A stretch of 64,000 nt of DNA from Vicinamibacteria bacterium (GTDB lineage Bacteria > Acidobacteriota > Vicinamibacteria > Marinacidobacterales > Marinacidobacteraceae). The position numbers were made by a program, and so were the translations under genes. The notes beneath the pieces were generated by a model. It had not been told where the DNA came from. It ran no database searches and saw nothing but the letters and a program-made list of their open reading frames with translations. The stretch is taken from NCBI GenBank assembly GCA_965199715.1, contig OZ241322.1, positions 1,856,001 through 1,920,000 of the forward strand. Direction: 5' to 3'. This document shows positions 1-9,379 of this stretch, one piece after another (within the stretch, counting starts at the first letter, position 1; the number at the start of each line of letters is the position of its first letter).

Positions 1-1404
1 GAGCTCCTCGTAGCCGGGCGTCTCGGTGCGCGCGGCGAAACCGCTGAAGGTCAGGGTCTCCCCGATGCCCCACTGGGCGTCCATGCCCCACGTCCGGTTC
101 CAGTTGTCGTCGGCGTTCCCGGTGGCCGCCCGGTTCACGAACATCCCGCCCAGCGAGGATCGCTCGCCGAGCTCCCGGCTCACGCTCATCACGGTGAAGT
201 TGTTCGCCGCCACGACGCCTGCGACCTCCCGGGTCTGCATGTTGAGGAGGCCCACGTTGTACTCGCCGGCCTTGCCCGACAGGCGGGCGCCGCCAAGGAT
301 CGGAACCGGCACGCCGCCGGGCCCGATGCCGATGCGCCGGCTGAAGAACAGGTCCACCGAACCCGGCGCTCCCATGGAGAAGTTGCCGGCGTTCTCGAGG
401 AAGAACGGGCGCTTTTCGGGGAAGAACAGCGCGAAGCGGGTCAGGTTGATCTGCTGGTCGTCCACCTCGACCTGGGCGAAGTCGGTGTTGTAGGTCAGGT
501 CGAGGTTCAGGCTGGGCGTGATACCGACCTTGGCGTCGACTCCGAAGTCCCAGTTCGTGTTCAGCTCGGTCTCGGCGGAGTAGTCCCGACCCCCGGCGCT
601 GAGCGCGTAGGGGATCACCTTGAGGTTGCGCGGGCTGGGCAGGTCGAGGCCGTGGATCTCGCCCGCCGAGGACAGCCGGTTGATGTTGTAGCGCCGCTCG
701 ATCGGCGACCAGTAGGCCTCCTCGCGCTTGCGGCGGATGTTTCGCTGGAAGTTGACGCCCCACGTCTGGGGGCTGTTCCCGTAGCGAAGCGTGCGCAGCG
801 GAATCGCGAACTCCGCCGACCAGCCGAAGTCGCCGACGTGGGTCCGGACGGTCCAGCTAGCGTCCCAGTTCACGTTGAACCCGCCCCCCGAGCCGATCTG
901 GGCGCGCCTCGGACCGCCGCCGAAGCCGCCGCCGGTCCCGGCGTTGCTCAACTGGCCGTCGTACTCGAGCCCCGACGGGGTCGTGCCGAAGATGAAGCCG
1001 TTTTGCAGGTCGTGGTAGGTGTCGAACACCACCCGGAAGGAGTCGGTGTCGTCCAGCGAGGAATCCCGCCGGGCGTCGGTGGCGATGATCCCCGAAGGAT
1101 CGCTGTCGTAGAGGATCGCCCCGACGTACACCGCGTCCTCGTCGAAAAGGATGCGCACCTCGGTGCGCTCGGTGGCCGGGCGGCCCTCGAACGGGTTCGC
1201 CTGGACGAAGTCGGTGAACGGAATGGCGTTCTGCCAGACCTCGTCGTCAATCAGGCCGTCAATGAGCGGCGCCTCGACGGCGGAAGCGGCGTTGCCGACC
1301 CGGACGGCGGCGGTCGTTTCGTCCTCGTCCGAAGCGCGCGTCGCGGAGGGAACCGCCAGCGCCGCAAGCAGAAGAAGCGTCGATCCCAATCGGAGCACTG
1401 CCAT
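1..1404 (-). CDS. DUF5916 / CBM9-like domain outer-membrane protein (3' end runs off window)
   Basis: Not in the ORF track. Manual translation gives signal peptide MAVLRLGSTLLLLAALAVPS, then IDGLIDDEVW, DTYHD, NTDFAQVEVDDQQINLTRFALFFPEKRPFFLEN and LFFSRRIG. Confidence 0.85.
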   Translation of the reverse strand, partial: MAVLRLGSTLLLLAALAVPSATRASDEDETTAAVRVGNAASAVEAPLIDGLIDDEVWQNAIPFTDFVQANPFEGRPATERTEVRILFDEDAVYVGAILYDSDPSGIIATDARRDSSLDDTDSFRVVFDTYHDLQNGFIFGTTPSGLEYDGQLSNAGTGGGFGGGPRRAQIGSGGGFNVNWDASWTVRTHVGDFGWSAEFAIPLRTLRYGNSPQTWGVNFQRNIRRKREEAYWSPIERRYNINRLSSAGEIHGLDLPSPRNLKVIPYALSAGGRDYSAETELNTNWDFGVDAKVGITPSLNLDLTYNTDFAQVEVDDQQINLTRFALFFPEKRPFFLENAGNFSMGAPGSVDLFFSRRIGIGPGGVPVPILGGARLSGKAGEYNVGLLNMQTREVAGVVAANNFTVMSVSRELGERSSLGGMFVNRAATGNADDNWNRTWGMDAQWGIGETLTFSGFAARTETPGYEEL

Positions 1405-1511
1405 GGCAGGCGTGAATTTAGCCAATTCCCAAGGGTTTCGGCGGGCGACCCGAAGACGCCATAGTTCGCGCCCGTGTCGGCGCTCCGAGAGCGCCGGAAG
1501 GGAGAGCGTCC

Positions 1512-2288
1512 GTGGCCGGACCCGTCGCGAGCAAGCGGGAATTGCTCGATTTCGCCACTGAGATCGCGTGGGAGGCCGGGCGCCTCGTCATGCGCCACTT
1601 CCAGGTGGGGGTCGGCGTGCAGCGCAAGCCGGACCGCACCCCGGTCACCGAGGCCGACGTCGCCTGCGAGCGGCTGCTGCGCAAGCGCATCCAGTCGCGG
1701 TTCCCCGGCCACCGGGTGCTCGGCGAGGAGGACGGCGAGTCCGGCTCCGATCCGTCCCACCGCTGGATCCTCGACCCCATCGACGGGACCACGTCGTTCA
1801 TCCACGGGACTCCGCTGTTCGGCATCCTGATCGGCCTCGAGGTCGGCGACGAACCCGTCGTCGGCGTGTGCAACCTCGCCGGGATCGCGGAGATGGTCAC
1901 CGGAGCCGTCGGCGAGGGAGCGTTCTGGAACGGGCGCAAGGCGCGGGTCTCGAACGTCACCGAGATGGAGAACGCCCTCGCCACGACCACCGATCCGGCC
2001 ACCATCGGCCCCATCTGGGAGGCCGTGGGGAAGCGGGTCGGCGCCCGCCGCACCTGGGGGGACGCCTTCGGGCACGCGCTGGTGTGCACCGGCCGGTCCG
2101 AGATCGCCCTCGATCCGGAGATGAAGGCGTGGGATTCGTCGCCGTTCCCGCCGATTCTGGAGGAGGCCGGCGGCCGGTTCACCGACTGGAAAGGCAACCG
2201 GACGATCCACGGGCCGAATGCGCTCAGCACCAACGGCGTCTTCCACGACGAGGTGCTGGAGATGCTGGCTCGGGTCAGCGGGCGCTGA
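1512..2288 (+). CDS. Inositol monophosphatase family, histidinol-phosphatase (HisN)-like
   Basis: Motifs PVTEAD, GEE, WILDPIDGTTSF and WD..PILEEAGGRFTD. GGAGAG RBS upstream. Confidence 0.88.
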   Translation: MAGPVASKRELLDFATEIAWEAGRLVMRHFQVGVGVQRKPDRTPVTEADVACERLLRKRIQSRFPGHRVLGEEDGESGSDPSHRWILDPIDGTTSFIHGTPLFGILIGLEVGDEPVVGVCNLAGIAEMVTGAVGEGAFWNGRKARVSNVTEMENALATTTDPATIGPIWEAVGKRVGARRTWGDAFGHALVCTGRSEIALDPEMKAWDSSPFPPILEEAGGRFTDWKGNRTIHGPNALSTNGVFHDEVLEMLARVSGR

Positions 2289-3660
2289 GCGCCTCGCGCA
2301 CCCGGTCTCCGAACCCCCGCGCCGCCTCCATCACGGCCGCTTCGTCCACGGTCGCGACCGCTCCGTTCTCGACGACGACCCGGCCGTGCACCAGCACGGT
2401 CGAGACGTCGCCCCCCCGCGCCGTGTACACGAGGTGGGAGTAAGGGTTGTAGAGCGGGGTCATCCCGGCGCGCCGGGCGTCCACCAGCACGACGTCGGCG
2501 AGCTTCCCCGGCTCCAACGAGCCGAGGCGGTCCGCCTGTCCGATCACTTCGGCGCTGCCCATGGTGGCCATGCGGAACACGGTCTTCGCCGGAAGCGCGG
2601 TCGGATCCCCCGAGACGAATTTGTGGATCTTGGCGGCCATGTCCATTTCCCCGAACATGTCGAGGTCGTTGTTGCTCGCCGGGCCGTCGGTTCCGAGGCC
2701 GACCGGCACGCCCGCGGCCAGCAGGTCGCGCACCGGGGCGGCGGCCATCTCCGCGAACTTCATGTTGCTCTCCGGGTTGTGGGCGACCCCCGCGCCTCCG
2801 GCGGCGATCCGGGCGACGTCCTCGTCGTTCAGGTGGATCGAGTGCGCGAGCACCGTCCCCGGGCGCAGCGCCCCGATCGAGTCGAGCGCCTCCACGACCC
2901 GCATTCCCGTCATTTCGCGGACCGCGTCGTTCTCGGCCGAACCCTCGGCGACGTGGATCTGGAAGACCGCTCCGTGCTCGTTCGCCACCTTGAGCGCCGC
3001 CTCGACGTCCTTGAGGCTCGTGGTGTAGAGCGCGTGCGCGGACACGCTCGGGATCAGCAGCGGCTCGTCCCGGTGGCGCGCGAAGAAGCCTTCGGCGTGG
3101 GCCATCGATTCGGCGGGAGTCGGGAAGTCCGGCGCCGGAAACCCGATGACGGTGGGGCCGGCGACCGCGCGGACGCCGGCTTCGGTCGTCGCCCGCACCA
3201 CGTCGTCCGGGAAGTAGTACATGTCGGCGAACGTCGTCGTGCCGCTCTTCAGCATCTCGATCGAGGAAAGCAGCGTCCCGGCGTACACGAAGTCGGGCGC
3301 CACGAGCGCCGCCTCCGCCGGGAAGATGGTTTCCTCGAGCCACGTCAGGAGCGGCTCGTCGTCCGCGAGACCGCGCAGCAGCGACATCGCCGCGTGCCCG
3401 TGGGTGTTGATGAGGCCGGGAATGACGATCTGGCCGGTCGCGTCGAGCGTGCGCACGCCGGCGGGGCGGGGCGCCGCCCGGTCCAGCAGGCCGACGATGC
3501 GCTCGCCCTCGACGAGCACCGCGCCGCCGTCGAGCACCGTGCCGGCCTCGTCCATGACGACGACCATTCCGCCGTCGATGAGCAGCCGGGCGGCCTCCGG
3601 CGCGACTTCGGGAGCGCTGCAGGCGGCGAGCGTGAAGGGAAGCGCTGCGATGGATCTCAT
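2275..3660 (-). CDS. Amidohydrolase (MtaD/DadD-like deaminase family) with predicted lipoprotein signal
   Basis: C-terminal part of ORF 2275..5604, true start MRSIAALPFTLAAC. Motifs PGLINTHGH, IHVAE, LAHSIH, HNPESNMK, GTDGPASNN and GSLEPGKLAD. Confidence 0.87.
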   Translation of the reverse strand: MRSIAALPFTLAACSAPEVAPEAARLLIDGGMVVVMDEAGTVLDGGAVLVEGERIVGLLDRAAPRPAGVRTLDATGQIVIPGLINTHGHAAMSLLRGLADDEPLLTWLEETIFPAEAALVAPDFVYAGTLLSSIEMLKSGTTTFADMYYFPDDVVRATTEAGVRAVAGPTVIGFPAPDFPTPAESMAHAEGFFARHRDEPLLIPSVSAHALYTTSLKDVEAALKVANEHGAVFQIHVAEGSAENDAVREMTGMRVVEALDSIGALRPGTVLAHSIHLNDEDVARIAAGGAGVAHNPESNMKFAEMAAAPVRDLLAAGVPVGLGTDGPASNNDLDMFGEMDMAAKIHKFVSGDPTALPAKTVFRMATMGSAEVIGQADRLGSLEPGKLADVVLVDARRAGMTPLYNPYSHLVYTARGGDVSTVLVHGRVVVENGAVATVDEAAVMEAARGFGDRVREALSAR

Positions 3661-5339
3661 GGTTCGTCCTCGGTGAATCGGGCGGTGCGCAGCCGGTTCA
3701 TGGCCGCTGCGATCTCGAAGCGGCGGGGCCGCGCCAGGCGGCCGGGATGTTCGCCCCTCCGGCCGGCCGGCGCGAGCGCGTCGAGCCCGTCGGCGTCGAG
3801 CGTCCCCTCGATCTCGTCCAGCGCCTCGGGGACGGTCCGGCCCATGAAGCGGGCGTCGGCGAGCGCGAGCGCGCGCCCGATGGCGCGCGTCTGGCTGGGG
3901 TCGAGGATCTGGCGGACGCCGCCGAGGCGCACCGTTTCCTCGCCGTAGAGCAGCTCGTCGGACCGGGCGGCCCGGATGCGCGGCCGGCCGCGGCGTCCGG
4001 CGGGATCGAGGCGGAGCGGCGTGCGCGGCCGACTCGGCGGAGGATCGTCGGGCGGCTCCGACGCGCGCCGGGCCGGAATCGCCCGCGCGATCCGGCGGGC
4101 CTCGGCCGTCGCGTCCTCCGCCTGGAAGCGGGTCATCCGGATGACTGCATCGGCGGCGTCGAGGAAATCGCCCGAGCCGCCGGTCACCAGAACGACCGAG
4201 ACGCCGGCCTCGCGCCACCAGCCGATGCGGTCGAGCAGGGGCGTGATGGGTTCGTTCTCCCGGGCGACGAGCGCCTGCATCCGGGCGTCCCGCACGAGCA
4301 GGTTCGTCGCCGAGGAGTCCTCGTCCAGCAGGAGCAATCGGGATCCCGCCTCCAGCGCCTCCAAGATGGACGCAGCCTGGCTGGTGCTGCCGCTCGCGTC
4401 GGCCGTGCGGAACCGAGCGGCGGGGCGCGATCCCGGCAGCGCGCCGAGGAAGGGGCGCAGGTCCACGCCCTGGATGGGACGCCCCTCCTCGGCCTGGACC
4501 GCGACCGCGTCCGCCCGCGTCACGACCCGCTCGCGCCCGTCGCCGGGAACGTGCGGCGCCACGCCGTGGGCCAGCGCCTGGAGGAGCGTGGACTTGCCGT
4601 GGAAGCCGCCGCCCGCTATCACCGTCAGGCCAGCGGGCACGCCCATCCCGGCGACCGTTCCGCCGCCGGGCAGCGGAAGCTCCACTTGAAGCGAGGCGGG
4701 GCTGCGAAACGGCGCGGCTTCCTCCGGGGGCATCGGCCGGTCGCTCGCTCCGTGGGCGCGGGGAAGGATCGCGCCGTCGCCGACGAAGGCGACCAGACCG
4801 CGGCGGCCGAGTTCCGCCCGCAGCCCCTCCTGAAGCTCCACGTCCGCGACGAACCGCTCGGCCGCCTCGAGGTCGAGGTTCGGGAACTGGAGCGCTCGCC
4901 GGGCGATCTCGGGGAGCGTCCCGGTCAGGAGCCGGGCCGCCTCGCCGCCCCGGATGCGCCGCCGCCGCGCGGGCAGCTTGACCTGAAGCCGCGCCTCGAC
5001 CCCGTCCGGGAACGCGATCGCGCTCCGTTCGAGCACCGCCTGCCCGCCGGAGTCCACCGAGACCGCGCCGCCGCTGGCCTGCGCCGTTCGCCGCGCCAGC
5101 CAGTCGGCGAGCGCGATCCGCCGGACGCGGGAGTCGGTGAGCGACTCCGGGACCCGGGCGGCGTCCGCCGCGACCCGCAGGCGGATCCGGGTCGGCGGCG
5201 CGAACGGGTCGGGCGCCACCCGATCCACGAAGAGCGCGATCCCCTCGCCGAGCTCCCACGCGCCGCCGAGCGAGCGATAGGCCCCGTAGCCCTGTCCGTC
5301 GAGCGCCCGGCAGCGGGCGGCGAGGGCGCGCCCGCTCAT
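3657..5339 (-). CDS. Predicted ABC-class ATPase (COG3044 / ABC_ATPase domain)
   Basis: LDGQGYGAY, DPFAPP, Walker A GGGFHGKST, HVPGDGRE, ASGSTSQAA, LLLDEDSSATN, and C-terminal PRRFEIAAAMNRLR. Confidence 0.85.
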   Translation of the reverse strand: MSGRALAARCRALDGQGYGAYRSLGGAWELGEGIALFVDRVAPDPFAPPTRIRLRVAADAARVPESLTDSRVRRIALADWLARRTAQASGGAVSVDSGGQAVLERSAIAFPDGVEARLQVKLPARRRRIRGGEAARLLTGTLPEIARRALQFPNLDLEAAERFVADVELQEGLRAELGRRGLVAFVGDGAILPRAHGASDRPMPPEEAAPFRSPASLQVELPLPGGGTVAGMGVPAGLTVIAGGGFHGKSTLLQALAHGVAPHVPGDGRERVVTRADAVAVQAEEGRPIQGVDLRPFLGALPGSRPAARFRTADASGSTSQAASILEALEAGSRLLLLDEDSSATNLLVRDARMQALVARENEPITPLLDRIGWWREAGVSVVLVTGGSGDFLDAADAVIRMTRFQAEDATAEARRIARAIPARRASEPPDDPPPSRPRTPLRLDPAGRRGRPRIRAARSDELLYGEETVRLGGVRQILDPSQTRAIGRALALADARFMGRTVPEALDEIEGTLDADGLDALAPAGRRGEHPGRLARPRRFEIAAAMNRLRTARFTEDEP

Positions 5340-5362
5340 CGGGCGAGTACGATCCCGACGGA

Positions 5363-6343
5363 ATGTCGAAACCGGCGCGGTCCCACTGGATGGACGCCAC
5401 GGCCGAGCTCCGGCGCGACCTCGCGCGGCGGATTCCCGACGAGACGCTGCGCCGGCTCACCCGCAAGCGCCCCGCTGCGCACTTCCTCGTGCTGGCGTGG
5501 CAGATGCTGCTGCTCGCCGGGGCGGGCGCCTTGGCGTGGACGAACCCGTCGTGGCCGGGACTCCTCGCCAGCGTCGTGCTCGGCTTCACGGTGTTCAACT
5601 TCACGGTGATGCTGCACGAGGCGATTCACGGCCTCGTGTTCGCCGCCGGCCGCTGGCCGCGCGCGATGCGCGTCCTCCCGCACCTCTACGCGTTTCCGAG
5701 CGGACTCTCGGCGAGCCAGTTCGCGCGCTGGCACCTCGACCACCACGCCCAGCTCGGCGACTCCGAGCTCGACCCGAAGCGCCATCGGCTCTCCCCGAAG
5801 CGAAACGCCCGCTGGTACAAGGCGCTCTACTTCACGCCGGCGTTGATCCCCATCTACTTCCGCGCCGCCCGCCGGGAAGCCGCGGGCTACCCCGACGCGC
5901 TGCGCGCCCGGATCGCCCGCGAGCGTTCGCTCACGCTCGCCGGCCACGCGCTGATCCTCGCCGCGCTCCTGGCCGTGGGCGGCGCGGGCGTCGCCGCGCG
6001 GACGTACCTCCTGCCCATGTTCGTGGTCTTTCCGGTCGCCTTCGCGCTGAACCGGCTCGGCCAGCACTACGACGTCCGACCGGAGAATCCGGCGCTTTGG
6101 GGCACGCTGATGCGCGCGTCCCGATTCTGGAATCTGGTGTTCCTCTGGTCCGGGCATCACCTCGAACACCATTACTTTCCCCGGGTGCCCTTCTACAACC
6201 TTCCCGCTCTCCGGCGCGCTCTCGCGCCGTTCTTCGAGGAGATCGGAGTGCGGCCCAGCGGCTACGCGCGCCTGCTCCGGAAGTGGTTCATGGACAACCG
6301 GCCCCCCCACACCGACTGGCGGGAATCCCCGTCGGAAGCGTGA
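5363..6343 (+). CDS. Membrane fatty acid desaturase family protein
   Basis: Three His boxes (HEAIH, HLDHH, HLEHH) with PRVPFYNL and hydrophobic segments. Confidence 0.87.
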   Translation: MSKPARSHWMDATAELRRDLARRIPDETLRRLTRKRPAAHFLVLAWQMLLLAGAGALAWTNPSWPGLLASVVLGFTVFNFTVMLHEAIHGLVFAAGRWPRAMRVLPHLYAFPSGLSASQFARWHLDHHAQLGDSELDPKRHRLSPKRNARWYKALYFTPALIPIYFRAARREAAGYPDALRARIARERSLTLAGHALILAALLAVGGAGVAARTYLLPMFVVFPVAFALNRLGQHYDVRPENPALWGTLMRASRFWNLVFLWSGHHLEHHYFPRVPFYNLPALRRALAPFFEEIGVRPSGYARLLRKWFMDNRPPHTDWRESPSEA

Positions 6344-6360
6344 GAAAGGAAGCAGACGTG

Positions 6361-6633
6361 ATGATCGGAACCGTGAAATGGTACGACCCCGAGCGGCGCG
6401 AGGGATTCCTCCAGCGCGACGAGGGACCCGACGTGCATGTGCCCGAGAGCGCGCTCGCCGAGGGCGGCCCCGGCTTCCTCGTCGAGGGACAGGCGGTGGA
6501 GTTCGAGATGTACTCGGTGACCGGGGGCTTCCGGGCGCGGAACGTGCGTCTCGTGGGGGAGGGGAACGACTGGCCTCACTTGCGCGACCGCGAGCCGGTC
6601 GTGCGTCGGAACCCGAAGCCGACCGCCTCCTGA
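6361..6633 (+). CDS. Cold-shock domain protein, divergent, with C-terminal extension
   Basis: MIGTVKWYD..EGF..DV.V..SAL..L.EGQAVEFE..ARNVR, at the tail of ORF 5497..6633. AAGGAAG upstream. Confidence 0.8.
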   Translation: MIGTVKWYDPERREGFLQRDEGPDVHVPESALAEGGPGFLVEGQAVEFEMYSVTGGFRARNVRLVGEGNDWPHLRDREPVVRRNPKPTAS

Positions 6634-6649
6634 CGCCCGCCAGGCTGGA

Positions 6650-6988
6650 TCACAGCTTGGCGAGAGCTTCCTGCTCGGTGTTCGTGATGACGAGGATCTG
6701 GTTGAAGCCGCTGATGCTGAACACCTCGACGATGTGTTCCTTCATCCGGCAGAGGACCAGCTTCCCCTTCGACGCGGACACGCGCCGGGCGAGGATCAGC
6801 AGCACGCGCATGCCCGTGCTGTTGATGTAGTCGATCTTCTCGAAGTCCATCAGGACCTTGGCCGGAACGGCCGCTGCGGCGGTCGAGTCCATGACGCTCC
6901 TCTCGAAATCGCCGGCGGTGCGCGTGTCGATGCGGCCTTCCGGCCGGATGACGAGTACCCCGTCTCGCGTCTCGGACACGATATTCAT
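6650..6988 (-). CDS. STAS-domain anti-anti-sigma factor (RsbV/SpoIIAA-like)
   Basis: GRID, DFEKIDYINSTGMRVL (phosphoacceptor Ser present), VFSISGF. Confidence 0.9.
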   Translation of the reverse strand: MNIVSETRDGVLVIRPEGRIDTRTAGDFERSVMDSTAAAAVPAKVLMDFEKIDYINSTGMRVLLILARRVSASKGKLVLCRMKEHIVEVFSISGFNQILVITNTEQEALAKL

Positions 6989-6994
6989 GGTGGT

Positions 6995-7474
6995 CTAACC
7001 CCTCTCGTCGGGCGTTTCCAACGTCCGGACAAGCGTGACCCGGTTGCGGTCGCCCACGCGCTCGTAATGCACGCTGCTCATGAGCGAACGAACCAGGAAA
7101 ATGCCGAGGCCGCCGATCGGCCGATTCTCCAAAGGGAGCGAAGTGTCGGGAACGGCGGCGTCCTGAAATGGATCGAAGGCGGGCCCGCTGTGCTCGACTT
7201 CGATCGTGAAGTAGTGGCCGGCGACTCGCACGGAGACCAGGATCGCCGGCGGAGTTTCCCCGTTGGTCCCGTACAGGATGATATTGCTCAACAGCTCGTC
7301 GATCGCGAGCGACACCCGCTGGATGTGAACCCCCGGCACGTCGCAGGACTCGGCGAACTCGGTGACCTGCTCGCTCAGCAGCGAGATGCTCTCGAGCGTC
7401 GGCTCCACCGGGAACGTGCCCGACGCGTCGGGTGATCGTTCCCGGCCGGCGGCGACAGTGTCCTTGTGCGTCAT
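6995..7474 (-). CDS. RsbW/SpoIIAB-like anti-sigma Ser kinase (HATPase_c_2)
   Basis: LAIDELLSNIILYG, GPAFDP, RPIGGLGIFLVRSLM, YER..N. Confidence 0.88.
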   Translation of the reverse strand: MTHKDTVAAGRERSPDASGTFPVEPTLESISLLSEQVTEFAESCDVPGVHIQRVSLAIDELLSNIILYGTNGETPPAILVSVRVAGHYFTIEVEHSGPAFDPFQDAAVPDTSLPLENRPIGGLGIFLVRSLMSSVHYERVGDRNRVTLVRTLETPDERG

Positions 7475-7477
7475 CGG

Positions 7478-8401
7478 TCAGGTTTCGAGGGCCGCCTCGG
7501 GCCATGCGCCATCGCTGCGCGAGTCGGGAGGGATTTCCCCGATTGTAACCGACACTTCAAGGGTCTGATCCGCCGTTCCCCGGAACGTCCCGCGAGTCGG
7601 CGGAACGTCCCGGTAGTCGCGCCCCGCCGCGACCCGGATGTGGCGCCGGTCCGCCGTCGAGTCGTTGGTGGGGTCGAAGCCGACCCAGCCCAAGCCCGGA
7701 AGCAGGCACTCGACCCAGGCGTGGCTGACCCGGGCCATCCGGGCGTCCGGGTCGTCGGCCTTCTCCACGTGCAGATAACCCGACGTGTAGCGCGCCGGGA
7801 TTCCCCAGCCGCGCGCCACCGCGAGCATGATGTGGGCGAAGTCCTGGCAGACCCCCCGGCGATCCTCGAGCGCGTCGTGCGCGGCGGAGTGCACCTGCGT
7901 CGCGCCCGGGTCGTAGGTGATCGCCCCGTGGAGGCTCGTGGCGAGGTTCCGCAGCGACGCGAGCGGCGTCTCCCGGCGGTCGATCCCATGCTCCTTCAGG
8001 AACGGCGCGAGGAGCGCCGTCGGAGCGGTCAGGGGCGTCGGGTTCAGGAAGTGCCAGACGTCGCTGACCCGCAGCCCCTCCATCGCGTCCCAGCCCGGCG
8101 TCCGGTCGTCGAGGTTCAGCTCCCGCGGGCGGAGCGCGACCACCGACCGGGCCTCGACCTCCAGCGTCCGGTGCTCGCCGGGTACGTCGAAGAACGCCGC
8201 CGGGTTCCCGAAGCAATCCTCGAAGTCGGTCACCACGGCGCGCGGAGTCGTGTGTATCTCGAAGCTCTCGACGTACTGCGAGACGTCGTTGCGCGGCTGC
8301 TTGTGGACGGTCATCACCGCCTCGCGCACCGGTTCCGAGTAGCGGAACCGGGTCAGGTGGCGGACCTGGAAGAAGTGGGGCGCGTCGGATCGATCAGGCA
8401 A
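7478..8401 (-). CDS. Transglutaminase-like protein (bacterial N-terminal domain plus TGase core)
   Basis: VRHLTRFRY, GVCQDFAH, ARYTSGYL, SHAWVE, GFDPTN, GRDYRDVPP. Cys-His-Asp triad intact. Confidence 0.92.
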   Translation of the reverse strand: MPDRSDAPHFFQVRHLTRFRYSEPVREAVMTVHKQPRNDVSQYVESFEIHTTPRAVVTDFEDCFGNPAAFFDVPGEHRTLEVEARSVVALRPRELNLDDRTPGWDAMEGLRVSDVWHFLNPTPLTAPTALLAPFLKEHGIDRRETPLASLRNLATSLHGAITYDPGATQVHSAAHDALEDRRGVCQDFAHIMLAVARGWGIPARYTSGYLHVEKADDPDARMARVSHAWVECLLPGLGWVGFDPTNDSTADRRHIRVAAGRDYRDVPPTRGTFRGTADQTLEVSVTIGEIPPDSRSDGAWPEAALET

Positions 8402-9377
8402 GTCGGAACGCCTCGTCGGCCGGGTAGGAGATATAGCGGCGGTACACCTCCTCGTGAAGGATCCGGGAGAGCCGGTGCACCTCGGCGAGCGTCCGCTCGA
8501 AGGCGTCGGCCTCGTTCCCGTCGTCGAAGCCGTACGCGAGCAGCGCCCGGAGCTGGCCGGCCACCCGGTGCGCCTCGGACGGCTGGTCGCGCGCCGCGAC
8601 CACCGGATCGATGCGCTGGAGGCTGGCGCGGATCTCCTCGGCCGCGAACCGCAGCGTGTGCGGGGACTGGGGGTCGCGGACGAGGAAGCCCATGGCCAGG
8701 TGGGGCTCGATCGCCGCGGTGTGCAGCTTGCAGAACGGCTCGAGGCTGGCGCAACTGCGCAGCAGCAGCGACCAGTCCAGATGGCCTTCGGGCTCGTTCA
8801 GCGAGGGGCGGTACGCCTCGAGGATGTCGGCGGTCACCTGGATGCGCTCGAGGAACCGGCCCAGCCGGATGAAATCCCACGACGGGCCGTGACGCAGGCT
8901 GTTGTCGGTCACGCCCCGGAACAGGTAGATGGAGGCCGACGTCTCGCGGTAGAAGACGTGCGGCTGCTGGTTCCAGAACGTGTGGAGCTGCTGCTCCCGG
9001 AGCGTCAGGAAGGGACGGTTCAGGTGCCCCCACATCTCCGACGTGATCTCCTGTCGGGCCTGCCGGGCGTTCTCGCGGGAGCGCCCCCAAAGCGAGACCA
9101 CCGAGCTCGGGTTCCCGGCCTCGAAGGTCATGAAGTCGGTGAGCGAGTACGCGTCGGCGAGCAGGAACGCTTCCTCCTCCTCCGAGTCCGCGAAGATCGT
9201 CCCGCCCGCCGGCGTGCAACTGAGCGCGAAGAAGAGCCGGCGCCAGCCGTCCCCGATCACCTGCGCCGGCTGGTCCGCGAGCGCGTTCACCTGAACGCCG
9301 AGCAGCCGGGCGGTCTGATCCGCCCGCTCGAGGTAGCGGCTCATCCAGTAGAGGTTGTCGGCGACCCGGGCGAGCAT
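8394..9377 (-). CDS. Alpha-E domain protein (DUF403)
   Basis: Start MLARVADNLYWMSRYLERA, plus RENARQAR..I..EMW and LGRFLER. C-terminal part of ORF 8394..10805. Confidence 0.9.
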   Translation of the reverse strand: MLARVADNLYWMSRYLERADQTARLLGVQVNALADQPAQVIGDGWRRLFFALSCTPAGGTIFADSEEEEAFLLADAYSLTDFMTFEAGNPSSVVSLWGRSRENARQARQEITSEMWGHLNRPFLTLREQQLHTFWNQQPHVFYRETSASIYLFRGVTDNSLRHGPSWDFIRLGRFLERIQVTADILEAYRPSLNEPEGHLDWSLLLRSCASLEPFCKLHTAAIEPHLAMGFLVRDPQSPHTLRFAAEEIRASLQRIDPVVAARDQPSEAHRVAGQLRALLAYGFDDGNEADAFERTLAEVHRLSRILHEEVYRRYISYPADEAFRLA

Positions 9378-9379
9378 CG

